A stretch of 64,000 nucleotides of DNA from Ylistrum balloti (taxonomy: Eukaryota): NCBI RefSeq assembly GCF_031769215.1, contig NW_026782254.1, positions 62,001 to 126,000 on the forward strand, in the 5' to 3' direction. A model generated the notes under the pieces. The model made no database searches, was not told the DNA's origin, and saw nothing but the letters and a program-made list of their open reading frames with translations. The translations under genes were made by a program, and so were the position numbers. Positions 1 to 13,524 of this stretch are shown in pieces; position 1 is the stretch's first letter; every line of letters begins with the position of its first letter.

Positions 1-3000
1 CTGTGTAGATATTTGTTGTTCTTATTTTGTTCTAGATTCATCAAATTGGAGTTTTAAATAGTCATTTTGACATGTCGGAGTTTTTTTTATAGTGAGTGGT
101 AATTGAAGGTAATATTTCTTAGTAATGGTTTCAGTGCACTAAGTTCATATAAGATTCTTATATAAAGAACACCTGGCAGTTTGAGTTAGTAAACAAATAA
201 ACAAAAAAATATACGTTATTTTTGGCTTCAAGTATGAAAACGATTGATCATCGTTTCAATGTTATTTCTAATCTGCTGACTTTATATAGCCCTAGAAAAT
301 ATATTCAGACTTGAAGTACATTCCGTTTACCTAAACACATATATCATTTGGCTGCCTAAACGACCCACTATGAAGTCTAGGCTTAATCACAATGCGTTGC
401 AAAGTGCATATGAATATGCAAATGGTGGAAGGTGCTTGAAGATTATATACGCTTTTTTATAACTAACAAGCTCGTTTGCTGATGTCATCACTGAAAACGT
501 AGATGCTTGACAAGGTAAGTGATTCAAAAGGGAGACAACAGTTCTAAATATTCCTGCGTTTGGCAGCGATATATAAAATGTGTTACAAGATTAGGTTTTA
601 TTTTTCACAGTTATCCAATACAAAAACCAAAGGGATACTCTGTATTTTACAGTAGATTAATGACATCATTTAGGTGACTAGGCAATAAATGCCATCGGAT
701 TCATAATAAAGATGTAGAGAATATATGGTCAGTGTCTTAAAATAGCTGTATTTTGGCGAGGGGTGGGGGGAAGACAAAAGTTGCGAGCCACTTTGTCTTT
801 CTGTTCCGAGCAAACATGCAGCTTATATTTCAAGACACTGACCATGTATTCTATTTATCCTGCAGCATTGATTGGAAAATCCGACCATCTAAACTTCATC
901 AGTTTTTTGGTTCAATCTTTATTTACCTGACATTGACGTTACGCTGAACTTTGTCTGATGTTACATACGCCAAAATAATTGCTCCGCGCAGAAATGTGTT
1001 CCAAACTTCAACGGATATAACAGCGATTTTTATGAATTTTCGTAGATAAACTTATTCATTAAAACATGTAAAATCGTTTATTTCAACTGTTTTTTTATAT
1101 TATTAAACGTAATTTCAAAGTAAATTCAGAATGCAATTACTGCACTTGCTAAGACACAGTTGTTTTCCGTCACTGCCGAATCCAGCAAGGTAGTTGAAGG
1201 ATAGATATAAGTATTCACCATGTATGTGGGACCTCTTGAAGTAGCAAAAATAATTGTAATGCGTCTGAAGATTTGATCTGAAATGTCCAAGAATATCTCC
1301 AGTAAAAATACAGGAAGATACTCAAAGCATTATGTTTTTTATATTAAAATTATGAGAATCCAACAAATCTGAGGGTCTTTGCCTTCAAACAGAGCGACAA
1401 AGAGACCGATATACACTTCTGCTGTTTTGGGAAATATTTGGGACCTTCAAACTCTCTTTATTTTCTGCACGTGTTTTCTGTCCTTGGACATCACTCTTGT
1501 CCTCTTGACGTTTGCTCTCATATGACTGCGACTGTTCCGAGAATGATAACCGCCTTCAAAACAAGCTAATATCACTATTTTGAACCATTAGTGGAACTCC
1601 GTTATTTGCGTTACCTTTCTGACGTTGGACCCAAACTTAAATCTCAAACAACATGTTGCTGGTAAACAAATAAACAAATTCATCAACGATATTTGTATAG
1701 TTATTACCCTCATTGGGATGAAATAGTGAATATATTTCTTTATAGCTTAAAATTGTAAAAACAACAACACGGTTCAAATTTTTCAGTGTTTTTAAATAGA
1801 TTATTTGATAAAAAAATTAGAACCTTAAGATCCCACTAGTGTTGAAATAATCCTTTCACACATCGAACACCAAAACTATGTATCATGGGATAACTTTATC
1901 AACAAATATGGGCATGGATCTTTACCCTAACTTAAACGTACGTCTAGGAAATATTTCTACTCGATGCGATATGTGACTATACACCGAGGCTTTCCCAAAA
2001 TTCTAAGTACGACAGGAATCTCTACAGAAAGAGGCGTTTCTTTAGAGCGTAACCCGATGCTTTTACAACCTAAAGGATAGTACAGTAACGTAAAATCTAT
2101 GTCTGGGGGAATATTATTGTCTTAACCCTTTTTTTTGTACGAGGTCTAGATAGTCGAGATGGGAGGTTTTTTGTCCTATCCTCCATCAAGTTAGGGAATA
2201 TTTTCCCCATTTCACAGATATCCAGATAGAGCAACAATAAAACAAATACGGGCCTTAAAAACATGTGACGAGTTTGCATCAGGATTGAGTGATGTGTTCA
2301 AATCTGAATCATTTTGGGTGACACGGTTTATGAACAAATACTTTGTGATTCCAAATTTGCAATATGTCGTTGATATTTTTCTCCGTTCGAAGCAAAGCCA
2401 ACGTCAATGACCGCGACTGACCTGCACGCGTCATGAATAATAGTAAAATATCAACGAAAGTCCATCCTCTTTAATTGTTGATGACGTCAAGAATCCTGGG
2501 CTCAGTGACACAAATTTTCACAATAACAGCGGAAAATACTATGATAACGTTGGCTTTAGCTAAAAAAAACCCCACTTGATTATGAACTTACTTACTCGTA
2601 AATATTCAACTATTTTAATGCTATAAAACCTATTTACGTTTGGTAGACTTCTGGTAGACCTTGGTAACCTTCTGGTAGACCTTAGTAGACTTCCGCGTCT
2701 TAATGTTCTGAATTTGCTACTTCTCCGTCTGAGGTAAGAAAAATACAGAGTACTCACTTTCCAATGAGACTTCCATTAGTTTCGTTCTAGAAAATATGAA
2801 GTCCCCAAAATTTGCCGTAATCTTCATGTAACGTTTTAATTCATTGGAATATCGGCACTGTTCAGAATATACAAAAACACTTGATGCTGTTCTAGAATTA
2901 TATGACATGTGACAATACAAACTCATAGGCTTTAATATTTAGGTTGCTTAAGTCCTAGAGACACGACACAACTGTTGTCCATACCTGTTGCCCTAGTTTG

Positions 3001-4124
3001 ATTCTGACTTTGTTTTATGATTATGTTGACATAAGTTTCTTGTTTATTTTTGTTTTTTTTTTTGTTTTGTTTATTTTGTTTTGGTTTTTGTTTTGATGTG
3101 TTTTGTTTTTCACTGAAAACTATACGCAGAAAATGTAATATAATGATAACCAAAATAACTAGACTAAGCCATGTCTATATGAAATTAAATTCTTTTTGAA
3201 AATCTATCTGATAGTTTGATCTTTAAGACAAAAGAAAAGGAGTAAGGGGAGATAAGCTAGGAGACAAATGGAGCGAGTTATTTCTTAACTTAAGGGCTAG
3301 TAGCCAGTTTACAGTAAAACCCTCATATATTAACAGATTTATGATCAAAGGAGCACTTTAATATAATGTCAAATGTTCACCAATGCGGCCTTTTTTCTTG
3401 TAACTGTAGTGATCATCTGGGACCAAATTCTGTAGAGATAAACGCTTTCGTCATTTTGTTTTCTATCTACAATGCTATATATATTACATGGAAGTTACTG
3501 TTAAGCTGTTCCGTATACTTCACTTATAAAACATACATTTAAATGATAAGAAAATAAAATTTCGATAAGTACATAAGCAAACGGATTATACATAAATAAT
3601 GACGAAATCCGTGAGCACTGGCATTATACGGCAGTCAAGTAATAGTTCATGTATACGAACTCAGGAGTTTCATTTGTCGGTGAGTAAAGACAAATGGCAA
3701 AAGTAGTTATATACAAAATGGTGTTATATTGGAGAAACATATTTAGTTTATTTTAAAATATATAATGTATATCTATGATTTTAATTATAGTTGAATGTTT
3801 AATTGAAAATGTGTAAATTTGTAAAGAATGTTCGTCAAAAAAAGTATTAAAACGTATATACGTACATCCCACATCAATCAGAACCCATTGCGGAGAAGTA
3901 AAGTTATATAACAAATAATACGTGTACATTTCACATCAAGCCCGTTTGATTTATTTATTGTCGTCTGTGTATGAGAATTCTCTGGGAATTGTCTTCATAA
4001 GCCGATAGTTGTTAAGAGGGTGCAAAAACTCAAAGAAAATAGAAAAAGAAATGTTTAATGGTCACAATAACGAGAGTAATTTAAACAGTATCTATATATC
4101 GTTTATTTATTTGTTTTTGAACAG

Positions 4125-4296
4125 TGGTGGTGCCCAAATGGTGGCTATTGATATCGACACAGAAAATGGAGGAATGACACTGAACGAAGATTTCCTTATC
4201 GATTTCGGACAAGAACCTGACGGTCCTGCCTTAGCGCACGAAATGCGGTATCCTGGTGGAGACTGTACTTCTGATATTTGGCTTGTTAAACAATAG
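4125..4296 (+). CDS. SELENBP1: Terminal coding exon of selenium-binding protein 1 / methanethiol oxidase; upstream exons not found in window
   Basis: Acceptor ttgtttttgaacag ends at 4124. The exon reads (phase 2) [56 protein letters not shown], matching the SBP56 C-terminus as I recall it for human ([52 protein letters not shown]). Confidence 0.92.
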
Positions 4297-4684
4297 GACC
4301 GTACTTGTATCGGTACCGACAGTTCAGTATAAAGATCTTATGAAGAAATTCTATATCTAAACAGATTTTTTCCAAGTAGGAAACAAGTATAAGTAAAAAG
4401 TAAGAAAATATATATTGTTTTATTTCTAATGACGCCACTAACACACATTATTTTCTATAACTGTGCACTCACATCTAAATGTATCAAGTAAATGGAAACA
4501 GGATCAATGTATGACTTTTTATCATAGACTGTGTATTTCAAAAACGTATCCTAATAAAACTAATGGTTTTAGTTCTATAAAGCATTGTTTGTTGAAACTG
4601 TTTTAATTGATAAAACTAAAGGCAAATGTGTATTTTTCTATAGAAGTAAAAGTTACTTATTATTAATACGGCAGTCAAATGAAT

Positions 4685-4842
4685 AAAATTATTGAATTAC
4701 AAAATTATTGAATTACAAAATTATTGAATTACAAAATTATTGAATTACAAAATTATTGAATTACAAAATTATTGAATTACAAAATTATTGAATTACAAAA
4801 TTATTGAATTACAAAATTATTGAATTACAAAATTATTGAAAT
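4685..4842. repeat. 16-bp tandem repeat (aaaattattgaattac), about 10 near-perfect copies
   Basis: Directly visible tandem array about 400 bp after the SELENBP1 stop codon. Confidence 0.95.
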
Positions 4843-7739
4843 TCTTAATGCGGCTCGCAGTATCAACTATTCAAGATATGTGTACTGTAAGTATAGTTTT
4901 ATGCTGTTTACAGCACTGATGGACATGGATTCTCTTTCATGTATAAATTTGAAATGTTGTATATTTCTGCAATTCGACGAAAGGAATGTCCCTATTAGTT
5001 CACTTTCGCCTGTCCTTTTTTTCAGATACCCTACATATTTCATAAACATGTCATATTTGGCATAAAACTCAGTTTTCCCCCTAATTTTATTACATGAAAT
5101 ACGTGCATTGCCATAAGTATATTTTTGTATTTGAACTTATTAATCAGATCATGGATGAAGAGATCACATTTACACAAACATTTGTACATATCTAAACCAC
5201 TCGTAATGTACATTATGCCAATATATATATATATTTCTAACATATCTATGTACAACCTATGTCCCAGTGCGACAAACAAAGACTTCACATCCTCATTTGT
5301 CGCTGATATTGTTACAATATAATGAAATAAAATTTATTAATAGAGAAATGCATTTTAAATCTGATTGTATTCAGCAGTTCCTGAGGCGGGATATTTGATC
5401 GAAGACAACCGATATAGTTTGGAATCAGTGTAACAGTTTACCGCGTAGTAAAGAAAACAAAATGTCGAATACACAGGCGTATTCTGCCAATACTAAAATA
5501 GAATTGATTGGTGATAGTTCGAATTAAAGTTATTATAACACAACCAGTACAAGATTTGAGCGTATCGTTCTGATGAATAAAAGGTTATCGTCCCCATACA
5601 AATTTGAAGCGATCTAGCATTAAGATACGTAGTGTATGATATGTACACCAGCACTACTACCATCATACATACACTAAGGTGGAAATAGTTTGACGAAATG
5701 GTAAACAGATTATAGACAAACTTACAAAAGATGATGCGAAAGAGAAGTTGCAATTTAGAATCAGGAATTTGTAATCGTTTTAGGAATTTTCAATGACAAT
5801 GTGATAGAAACCCCTAGAAGTATCGAGTACAGTGTATTATGTTGTATGCAATATCACTGGTTTGTCTGTTGGTTCCATTGTTGTATACTTTGGTTTCCTT
5901 ACAGAACGTGATATCAATTACTTAGATTAGAATTAACATTGCGTGTTAGGGGGAGGAAAGCGGAGGACCTATATCAGTAACCAGGCGTGAGTTTCGTGTG
6001 AAACTGTCATACGCCGGTTATCAAAGTCTATCCAGTTTTTTTTATGATTTTTTCACAATATAAGATCATACGTTAACAAATTTACATGTGTCTACAGCAA
6101 TTTTGAAAAGCAAAAGTTTTCGTTTTTAACATGTTTTCCCCAACTATTGGCCGGTGGCAATAAAAACAAATCATGTATTATAATGTTTCTTCGTTATGTT
6201 TCTGTCATCTTTTGTTATCATCAATTTAGTTTTCCTCCAGAAATAGGTAGACGGAAATACCAGTATGATGTTTATTGTAGGTGACAACACTTGACTCAAC
6301 TAAACGTAAATCGAAAGGAGATTATTCACCGTGCTTATGTTTTACATGCTAGCTTCATCAATAACTACATCTGTGTCATTATAAAGCGAGGAAGTCTTCG
6401 ATAAATTAAAAAAGGCGTATAAAAATACAATTTTATATCTAAAATATTATTTCACATTTGAATTAATCTTGAGGCTGAAAATTAAGACATAAAACAACAT
6501 ATTTCTTTAAGAAACCATCACGTTTTGTACATGTAAGCTTCCAAAATTCATTTCCCCGCTAGTCCTGAATTATAGCGATATTTGCCATTTCTGATGCCCA
6601 ATACAATGCCTTAAATATGTGTTTATTGCAAAAACCTTCATCAGGACAAGGGCTTTTACTCTTATGATACGTAAAGTTCGTGATAATATCGGTTACTATA
6701 TATTGTATTATTTTATTATAAAAAGTATGAAATATGTAAGGAATGCGGTTATTTCTCTACATGGGATCATCTGACATTATATATAAATTTTGTGATAACG
6801 TTGGTCAGACAATAAATTAAAATATACAACATTTGAACATAAATAAGCCATGTTTTTTTGTTTTTTTTATATATAAAAAGACAATTTTTTTTCTTGGAAC
6901 CATTACATATAAAATGATTAATTCAATCCTTATGAAACTTACACCACATGAGATATTTACGTAGTTTCAATCTCACCTGGGCTATTTGCATTCATAAGAG
7001 AATAAAAGGAGAGAGAGTTTCTATAGATCTCTTTGCGCTTGGGAGACATACCATCCACTACGATTTTGTTTTCATTATGGGTAAGTACAATTGTACGCAA
7101 TCATTTTTTGACAATGATAAAATGATTTAAAAGCATCAGAGTTAATATTGGTTAAGTTTCATTGATATTATTTTCAGAGATCGTTGGTTTATTTCAAATT
7201 TAACATCCTCTCATGGCATATACTTAACAAACGAAACAGAGAAGGAACCTGTAGCGTTATATCAATAAGTGTGATAGATTTCTTTATAAACGTCATGCAT
7301 ATACATTTCCCAACTTAACGTCAAAATAAGCCTTTAAGTATCCGCAAATGTTAATTTTCCCTTAAAATTTGTGTATCGGATTGGTGAGATTGTACTCATC
7401 GTCTTTAATAAACAACTGGAGTGTATCGATGGAGGGTCAAAGCCCACACGTTACAGAGCCATATGTCGACATGTTGACATTCAATTTTAGACTCAAATCT
7501 CGTGTGTGTTTCCTATCGGTCTTTATTCCATAATTCTTATGGGTAAGTAGAATTACATATTGATATCAATTTGTACAATTTTTATCTGTTTTCGTTGTGA
7601 CGATTTAAACGTTTTGATCAAGTTTGTTTTAATCAATTCGTGGAAATAGTTTCGATAACTTTACAACATCTACCTGAAACGTTTATAAGTATAGTCTTGT
7701 TCCATATATACACTAGGCTTAATTTAATGTTACATGGCG

Positions 7740-8750
7740 TTATCCATCTGTTTTCCTGTAGAAGGCCGGTTATTTTTGCGGGCGACTTTAATTGTATTGA
7801 AAATAGTTCTCTTGACAAAATAGGTGGTAATCCGATGCAGGGATTTGTTGGTATTAAGTCTTTGCTGAATACTTGTAGTGACTTTAAATTATTTGATGTT
7901 CCCAAATGTACTTTCTACCACGTGGCATGGAAATGGTGTTTCATGTCGATAAGATCGGTTCCTCTCAGTCAGCTAAAATTTCCCGTTATGCTGATGATAG
8001 TACTGGTGTTTGCTGCACATATACGTCCATTCAAAAACTGTTTTACTGGGGTGATTTATACGGCAAAGCGTCATTGAATAGGCAGAAAACTAGGGGTATT
8101 TGGCTTGGGAAATGGAAATTTCGTTCTGATCATCCTTTTGGCATTAGTTGGGTTGAAAAGCATAAGATTTGTGGGATTTTGGTTGGGAATAACATTCCCC
8201 CTGACGATATTTGGCAGCCGGTCTTTCGGAAATTTTCAAGGACCTTAGATATGTGGAAAATGCGAAATTAATCTCTGGCTCAAAAATCTGTTATCATGAA
8301 TGTTCTTGCCTGTAGCAAAATATATTATGTTGGTACTATCCTCTTAATGCCACGGCATTATTTGGACCTTTTCGAGAGAACATTGTTCAGGTTTTTATGG
8401 AACTTAAGATTGGAGCCACTTGCGCGCACCGCAGCTTATGGGTCTCCCACTAGTGGTGGACTCGGTATTGTTGATTTTAAAACTAAACTTCAAGATACAG
8501 GGGTCAAGTGGCGGTTTTTTTTACTTCGTACTGGCCCTCTCTAGAATTTCGTGAATATTTTACACGGTTTAATAATAACTCTCCTCACAGTGATTTGTGC
8601 CCTGTTTTTTATTCGAAAATTCGTAAGGTTTTTCAGACGTACAGGAAGGACTTTCCGAAGTCCAATTTTGAGTTATCTACAACCAAAGAGTTTTATGTTA
8701 CATTGTTATCTAGTGTCATTAAAACACCGCATCCTTTATATACTACGATG
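7740..8750 (+). mobile_element. Degraded Tx1/L1-clade LINE ORF2 fragment (APE endonuclease remnant joined to RT C-half)
   Basis: IFAGDFNCIENSSLDKIGG (endonuclease motif), then ISRYADDST (RT catalytic motif), LNRQKTRGIWLGKW, WKMRN-LSLAQKSVIMNVLACSKIYY and GGLGIVD, broken by frameshifts and stops. Confidence 0.88.
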
Positions 8751-8819
8751 CTACCTTACTCCCATAAAAACACAACCACCATATGCATGTGAGCCGAGCG
8801 GACAATAGAGCCGGCATTT

Positions 8820-9140
8820 AATGTCATATTCTCTCTCTTTTTTTTAATTATATATATATATATATTCCCTTACTCACTCACTAGCCTCTCGCTACCTTAA
8901 TTATACCATTGTATAACAAGCCTTAGGAGAACCAAGCGAGCCACCCAACCTCAAAACCGTTATACGGGATGAGAGGAGGTGCACCAGCCCAAACTGCTTC
9001 AGGCTCCCGAAATAATGCTGGGATTTCAATTGTTCATCCATTTTAAGCACCTGCATTTCAATGGTCTACAATGGTATTTCTACCGGTCGTTAGATACTCT
9101 CACACTTTATATTTCTTCAATACCTTTACTGAAAAGCGAA
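8820..9140 (-). mobile_element. Possible short antisense 3' fragment of a second LINE nested in the Tx1 element
   Basis: Interrupts the Tx1 coding remnant. The minus strand gives a short coding-like tail (FREPEAVWAGAPPLIPYNGFEVGWLAWFS*) followed by a (TA)n/A-rich tail. Confidence 0.3.
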
Positions 9141-9329
9141 AATATGTAAATTATATATTCTATACTATATATAAGTGCATTTATACGTTTTCACCCGAAC
9201 CCTGAAACTATAGCAGTCAACGCTTTGGAAGTCCGCGGCTAGAATGAATACCCGATATACCCCTCACGTGCGCGTCGGTACCCTAGTACTCCACGTGGCA
9301 CGCCAATCAGTCTCCTGATTGGTCAGATA

Positions 9330-10327
9330 CTATACACTGCCTTGCACGCCTTGCGTACATATGTACGTGACCGAAACTATAGGACAGCAAATTTCCGCTA
9401 TTCTCCGAAACGCGAAAAATTTTGAAGTATTGTAAGGGTCTATCCCACTTTAGATTTCCGCCAAGTCTTCCTCAATGTTTCCAACAAAGTTTTGGATACC
9501 CGATCCCGGGATGTTGTTTTTAAGATTGTCCATGAAATTTTACCTGTTAACTTTCGTATGTATAAATTTAGTGTTGAGGCTTTAGGGCGCTGTACATTTT
9601 GTGATGAATTTGAGACCTTTTCTATAAATGTTCATTTATCCAGCCTCTAGTATCATTAGTTAATTGCTGGGTCCAGCAGATCTCAGAGAATAAGGTCCCC
9701 ACTGCTTCGGCTCTTTGGCTTTTCCACTCCCCGGTTACTCTCACTCTAAAACTAAACCTCTTGTTCTCCTCCTAGTGGCAGAATCGTTATCCTCCATTTG
9801 GCATATCCGTTGCATTAAAAAATATGATAAAAAGGCTCCCACATCTGGTTCTCTCGTCTGCCACTTTATCAGTAATATCATTCTTCGTATTAAGTCCGAT
9901 TTCACTCGACTCCCAAAAACTACTTTCCCTGAGTATTGGTGTACTACGGATATTTTTTGTACTATTCAAGACGAGGAGCTAGTAATAAATCTTCCCTTAG
10001 CCGTGTAACTTTAATGCTTTACCTCATTCTTTGTATTAATCTATCCCTTTGATAATTGATCATCGTTACCAGGTTTAAATTGTATGAATTTCGTATTCCT
10101 TTCTATTTTTTGTGTCTTCCTATAGCTATTGTTACTGGTTTATAATTGTGTATTAGTTTAGAGTGATGAAATCAGTACAGATATTGTACATCGTAGTTGT
10201 CAGGGATAATTACAACTTACCGGGGCTACCGGTTGTCCATCCGTTGCTGGCGTCATTAGGGCCTGTCCTATGACGTTTTTACCTGTAAATACTAAATAAA
10301 ATTTTATGAAACAAAAAAAAAAAAAAA
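9330..10327 (+). mobile_element. 3' part of Tx1-like LINE with C-terminal zinc-binding region, 3' UTR and poly(A) tail
   Basis: VLDTRSRDVVFKIVHEILPVNFRMYKFSVEALGRCTFCDEFET (zf-RVT-like) and LLVAESLSSIWHIRC; AATAAA at 10295-10300 and an A-run at 10313-10327. Confidence 0.82.
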
Positions 10328-10784
10328 GGGTTGTCTCATGAACACAGCTCCATAAAAGAGCGTGCGCCCTTTCCTCATCACTTCTATAAATGCGGTCGTG
10401 ATATATATGCGGTACGGTATACTGAGGCTTTGTACACGTTTACCGTGACTTTATTTCATGGTATTTATGAATGAATTTCCGTTATTGTCTATGCAAAAAG
10501 TTTCTCTATTTGAAGATGTGTGATTACAAAAAGTTCAGTCTGTAATTCGTTTATTTAACTTTTTATCAATTGTTGTAAATTTCATCCTGTCAATATAATG
10601 TATGATCCAGGGCCCCTTAGTATGAATGTCAAGGTTATATAATTCAGATTGGTCTATATATTCATGTTTGATATAACCTCGAGAAATAGGTGATCATGAC
10701 AGGTACCTGTTTTCAGCTAATACAACTAGCCTGATGGTTGTTGCACTTTTATAAGTAGTTTCAATATATATCCCTCTTTTTCAG

Positions 10785-11715
10785 GAATAACCAACGGCCA
10801 CCTTCATCAAGAGTTCACGAATCTTAGGTGGACCGCAGATGATACAGTTGAGGTTGAACGGAAAACGTCTTAACCTGACTACGTCACTCTTCTCATCCTG
10901 GGACAAACAGCTCTACCCGGAACTCCTCAGGTAATTCTTATCCTGGGACAAACAGTTCTACCCGGAACTCCTCAGGTAATTCTCATCCTGGGACAAACAG
11001 TTTTACCCGGAGGAACTCCTCAGGTAATTATCATCCTGGGACAAACAGTTCTTCCCGGAACTCCTCAGGTAATTCTCATCCTTGAACAAACAGTTCTACC
11101 TGGAACTCCTCAGGTAATTATCATCCTGCGACAAACAGTTCTACCCGGAACTCGATAAAACATGTAAATTTCCAGGTTTGTAAGAATTTAATGAGCTGTT
11201 TTTAAAAGATCTTTGTTAAATTCAGTCTTGTATGAAAACATAAATAAATCACCGAAGAGGAGCACATTTAGTTCCCAAAGATATGCCATTAATGAGTTTG
11301 AAGTTCTTACCACCAATCTCGACGATGTTGTCAACAAGAAACTCGATCATTTTTATGATTTCATATTAGTATTTTTTCTCTTTGATTTAAGCCCGTTTTT
11401 TTCACGTCATACGCTTCACAACAGTTCACAAAGATAACTGGATCGTCGTTCACCTTTGGAGGACCCCTCCACAAACAATATGACCTCAAACAAATTAACT
11501 GTATTTTCATTGTTTTTCTTTTTTTTGCAGCGAGGGATCTGTAATGCTTGCCATTGACGTTGATACGCGGAAGGGTGGACTTAAGCTTAACCAAAATTTC
11601 CTTGTTGATTTCGGAAAAGAACCAGAAGGTCCTTCATTAGCTCATGAGATAAGGTATCCAGGCGGTGACTTACGACATATGGCTTGCCAGTACTGCTCGC
11701 AAACCAAAGCTCTAA
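10785..11715 (+). pseudogene. SELENBP1: Decayed SELENBP1 paralog: penultimate exon 10785-10930 and last exon 11531-about 11715
   Basis: Exon A reads [47 protein letters not shown], with in-frame TAA at 10788-10790 and donor ag|gtaat. Exon B follows ttttttgcag and reads [46 protein letters not shown], then a 5-nt deletion, with [13 protein letters not shown] in another frame. Splice phases (2/2) agree. Confidence 0.85.
10891..11153 (+). repeat. 45-bp tandem repeat (about 5.8 copies) derived from the exon 3' end plus splice donor
   Basis: Unit tctcatcctgggacaaacagttctacccggaactcctcaggtaat; the first copy is the exon end itself. Confidence 0.95.
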
Positions 11716-13178
11716 ACACGCTGACAACATGACATATTTGTATATATTTACCTCTGCAACAATAACAATTTGTTGTATCACTTAACCACAATCATTTAAA
11801 CTGATGCCATCTAAGGCTTGTTGATATTTGATAAATGAACATTGAGATAAGACTTCCTTAATAATATTTCTATAAATATATTAAAGTCTGTTATATTACA
11901 ATTCCTTTTGTACATTTCAAACCTGCTGATATTTAAAGAGGAAGTCGTTATGAATGACGATATTTTGAATATTAAGTCATTAAAAACAGAAAAAGAGTTC
12001 TTAATTTAAATCGTAAAAAATATGATATAGATTGAGCAAAGGATATTCTATGACTCATCGGTTGGAGTATTGAGACATGTCCCCCTTTGTTACTGCCCCA
12101 TTAGCGTCATGACTATAACATATATAAGGCTTCTGCGGGTTCAAAAACACATGGTTAAATATTGGTACGATTTCACAGATATTAAAACAAAGATTAAAAA
12201 ATGGCGGACAGTTACAGAGATATCACTTGATCCATTGATATTTTATTTTTGAGAATTATGCAAAATACACACTAGCTAAAAAAGCCTTTCAAATCAATTT
12301 TAGGATCATATGTCAATAGAAAATCAATAGAAAGTCAATGATTGAATGACATCACTTTGCTGTATTCATTATTTGGCTCTGCTATGTCTAATTCAACAGT
12401 TGTGTTGTTATTTACTTGCCAAATGTTGATTCTGCTCTGTCGCCTCTCAAGCATGAATGTTTTACAGGGCTACACGATTGGTACGATCAGTAAAATCTCC
12501 TCCAAGATTATCAGAGAGATGAACCGGATTGTTCAATTGGTATATAGAATTGTTCAATTAGTTTTGCATTTGGTTACAATTGTAAACCTTTATTCTTTAA
12601 CACAAAATGAAAATACAAATATCGTCAATTGATATTTGTTGACGAATCTCATAGCGGTACTTGGAAACGGCTTCCGGCTACGGCACCGCAAGATCTTCTC
12701 TTCTTTAATGGCAATAGTTGTGATGATCATACACTAAACAATTCTCGGAATACATTACATATATTAGTACATGTGATCCCAGGATATAAAATAGATATCA
12801 ATAGATATCAATGGATCAAATGAGTGTATGACAGAAAGGAATTTGCCTTAAGCGTAGAAACACTATTTCAGGAAAACCCCTTTTTTCGTGTCCTGTCTCG
12901 GCGATATTTCATCAATAAACCGTCAGTCATTCCTAGATACATCGGCCTTAAATCTCCCACACAAGCAATCAGTCACTGATATTGGCCGAGTGATATCTTT
13001 TGATTATAAATTCTTCCGTTCCTTTTTCTGTTTTCCTTCTTCCTGACATTGCCTCAAAGTCGATCGACATGCTAAAAATAGAAAGAGAAATGTCAACACC
13101 AGATCACGTGTTTGTTAATTATTTGTCGATATTCATGACGATCACAAGGGGATAACTACACCGGAAAGACGGGTGGAC

Positions 13179-13416
13179 TCATTCTTCTGTAACTTTATAT
13201 TTCTTATGGTAATTTTTTGTTTTTGTTATTGTTTCTTCTTTTTTGGATTTAAATTGTTTGTACGTTCTTATATTTCTTGCATCTACAAGATCAAGTGAGC
13301 TTAAACCGTCAACCGTTCTCTCTGCAACTTTTATGCTAACGGAATCCAATTTCCTTGAAATTATGTCATCATTGAAATAATGGATAACAGAACCGAAACA
13401 TTTAACCCGTAACAGT
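13179..13416 (-). CDS. Predicted second (terminal) coding exon of the ZAP/PARP12-like gene
   Basis: Acceptor ttatttgtacatag at 13417, phase 2, matching the upstream donor; continues in the open frame LLRVKCFGSVIHYF...KKYKVTEE*. Spliced CDS is 1761 nt (586 aa). Confidence 0.65.
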
Positions 13417-13524
13417 CTATGTACAAATAAGATTTTAGAGGAATTAAGTGGTAGTGAGTGTAACACGCCCCTTAAACATAAAGCCGTTAAAATCTTCATA
13501 GAAACTTCATTACGAGTGACTTAC

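Noticed and set aside
2640-2695. 10-11 bp ggtagac(c)tt repeats and an Arg-rich minus-strand ORF
   Set aside because: Degenerate micro-array; the ORF composition follows from the repeat.
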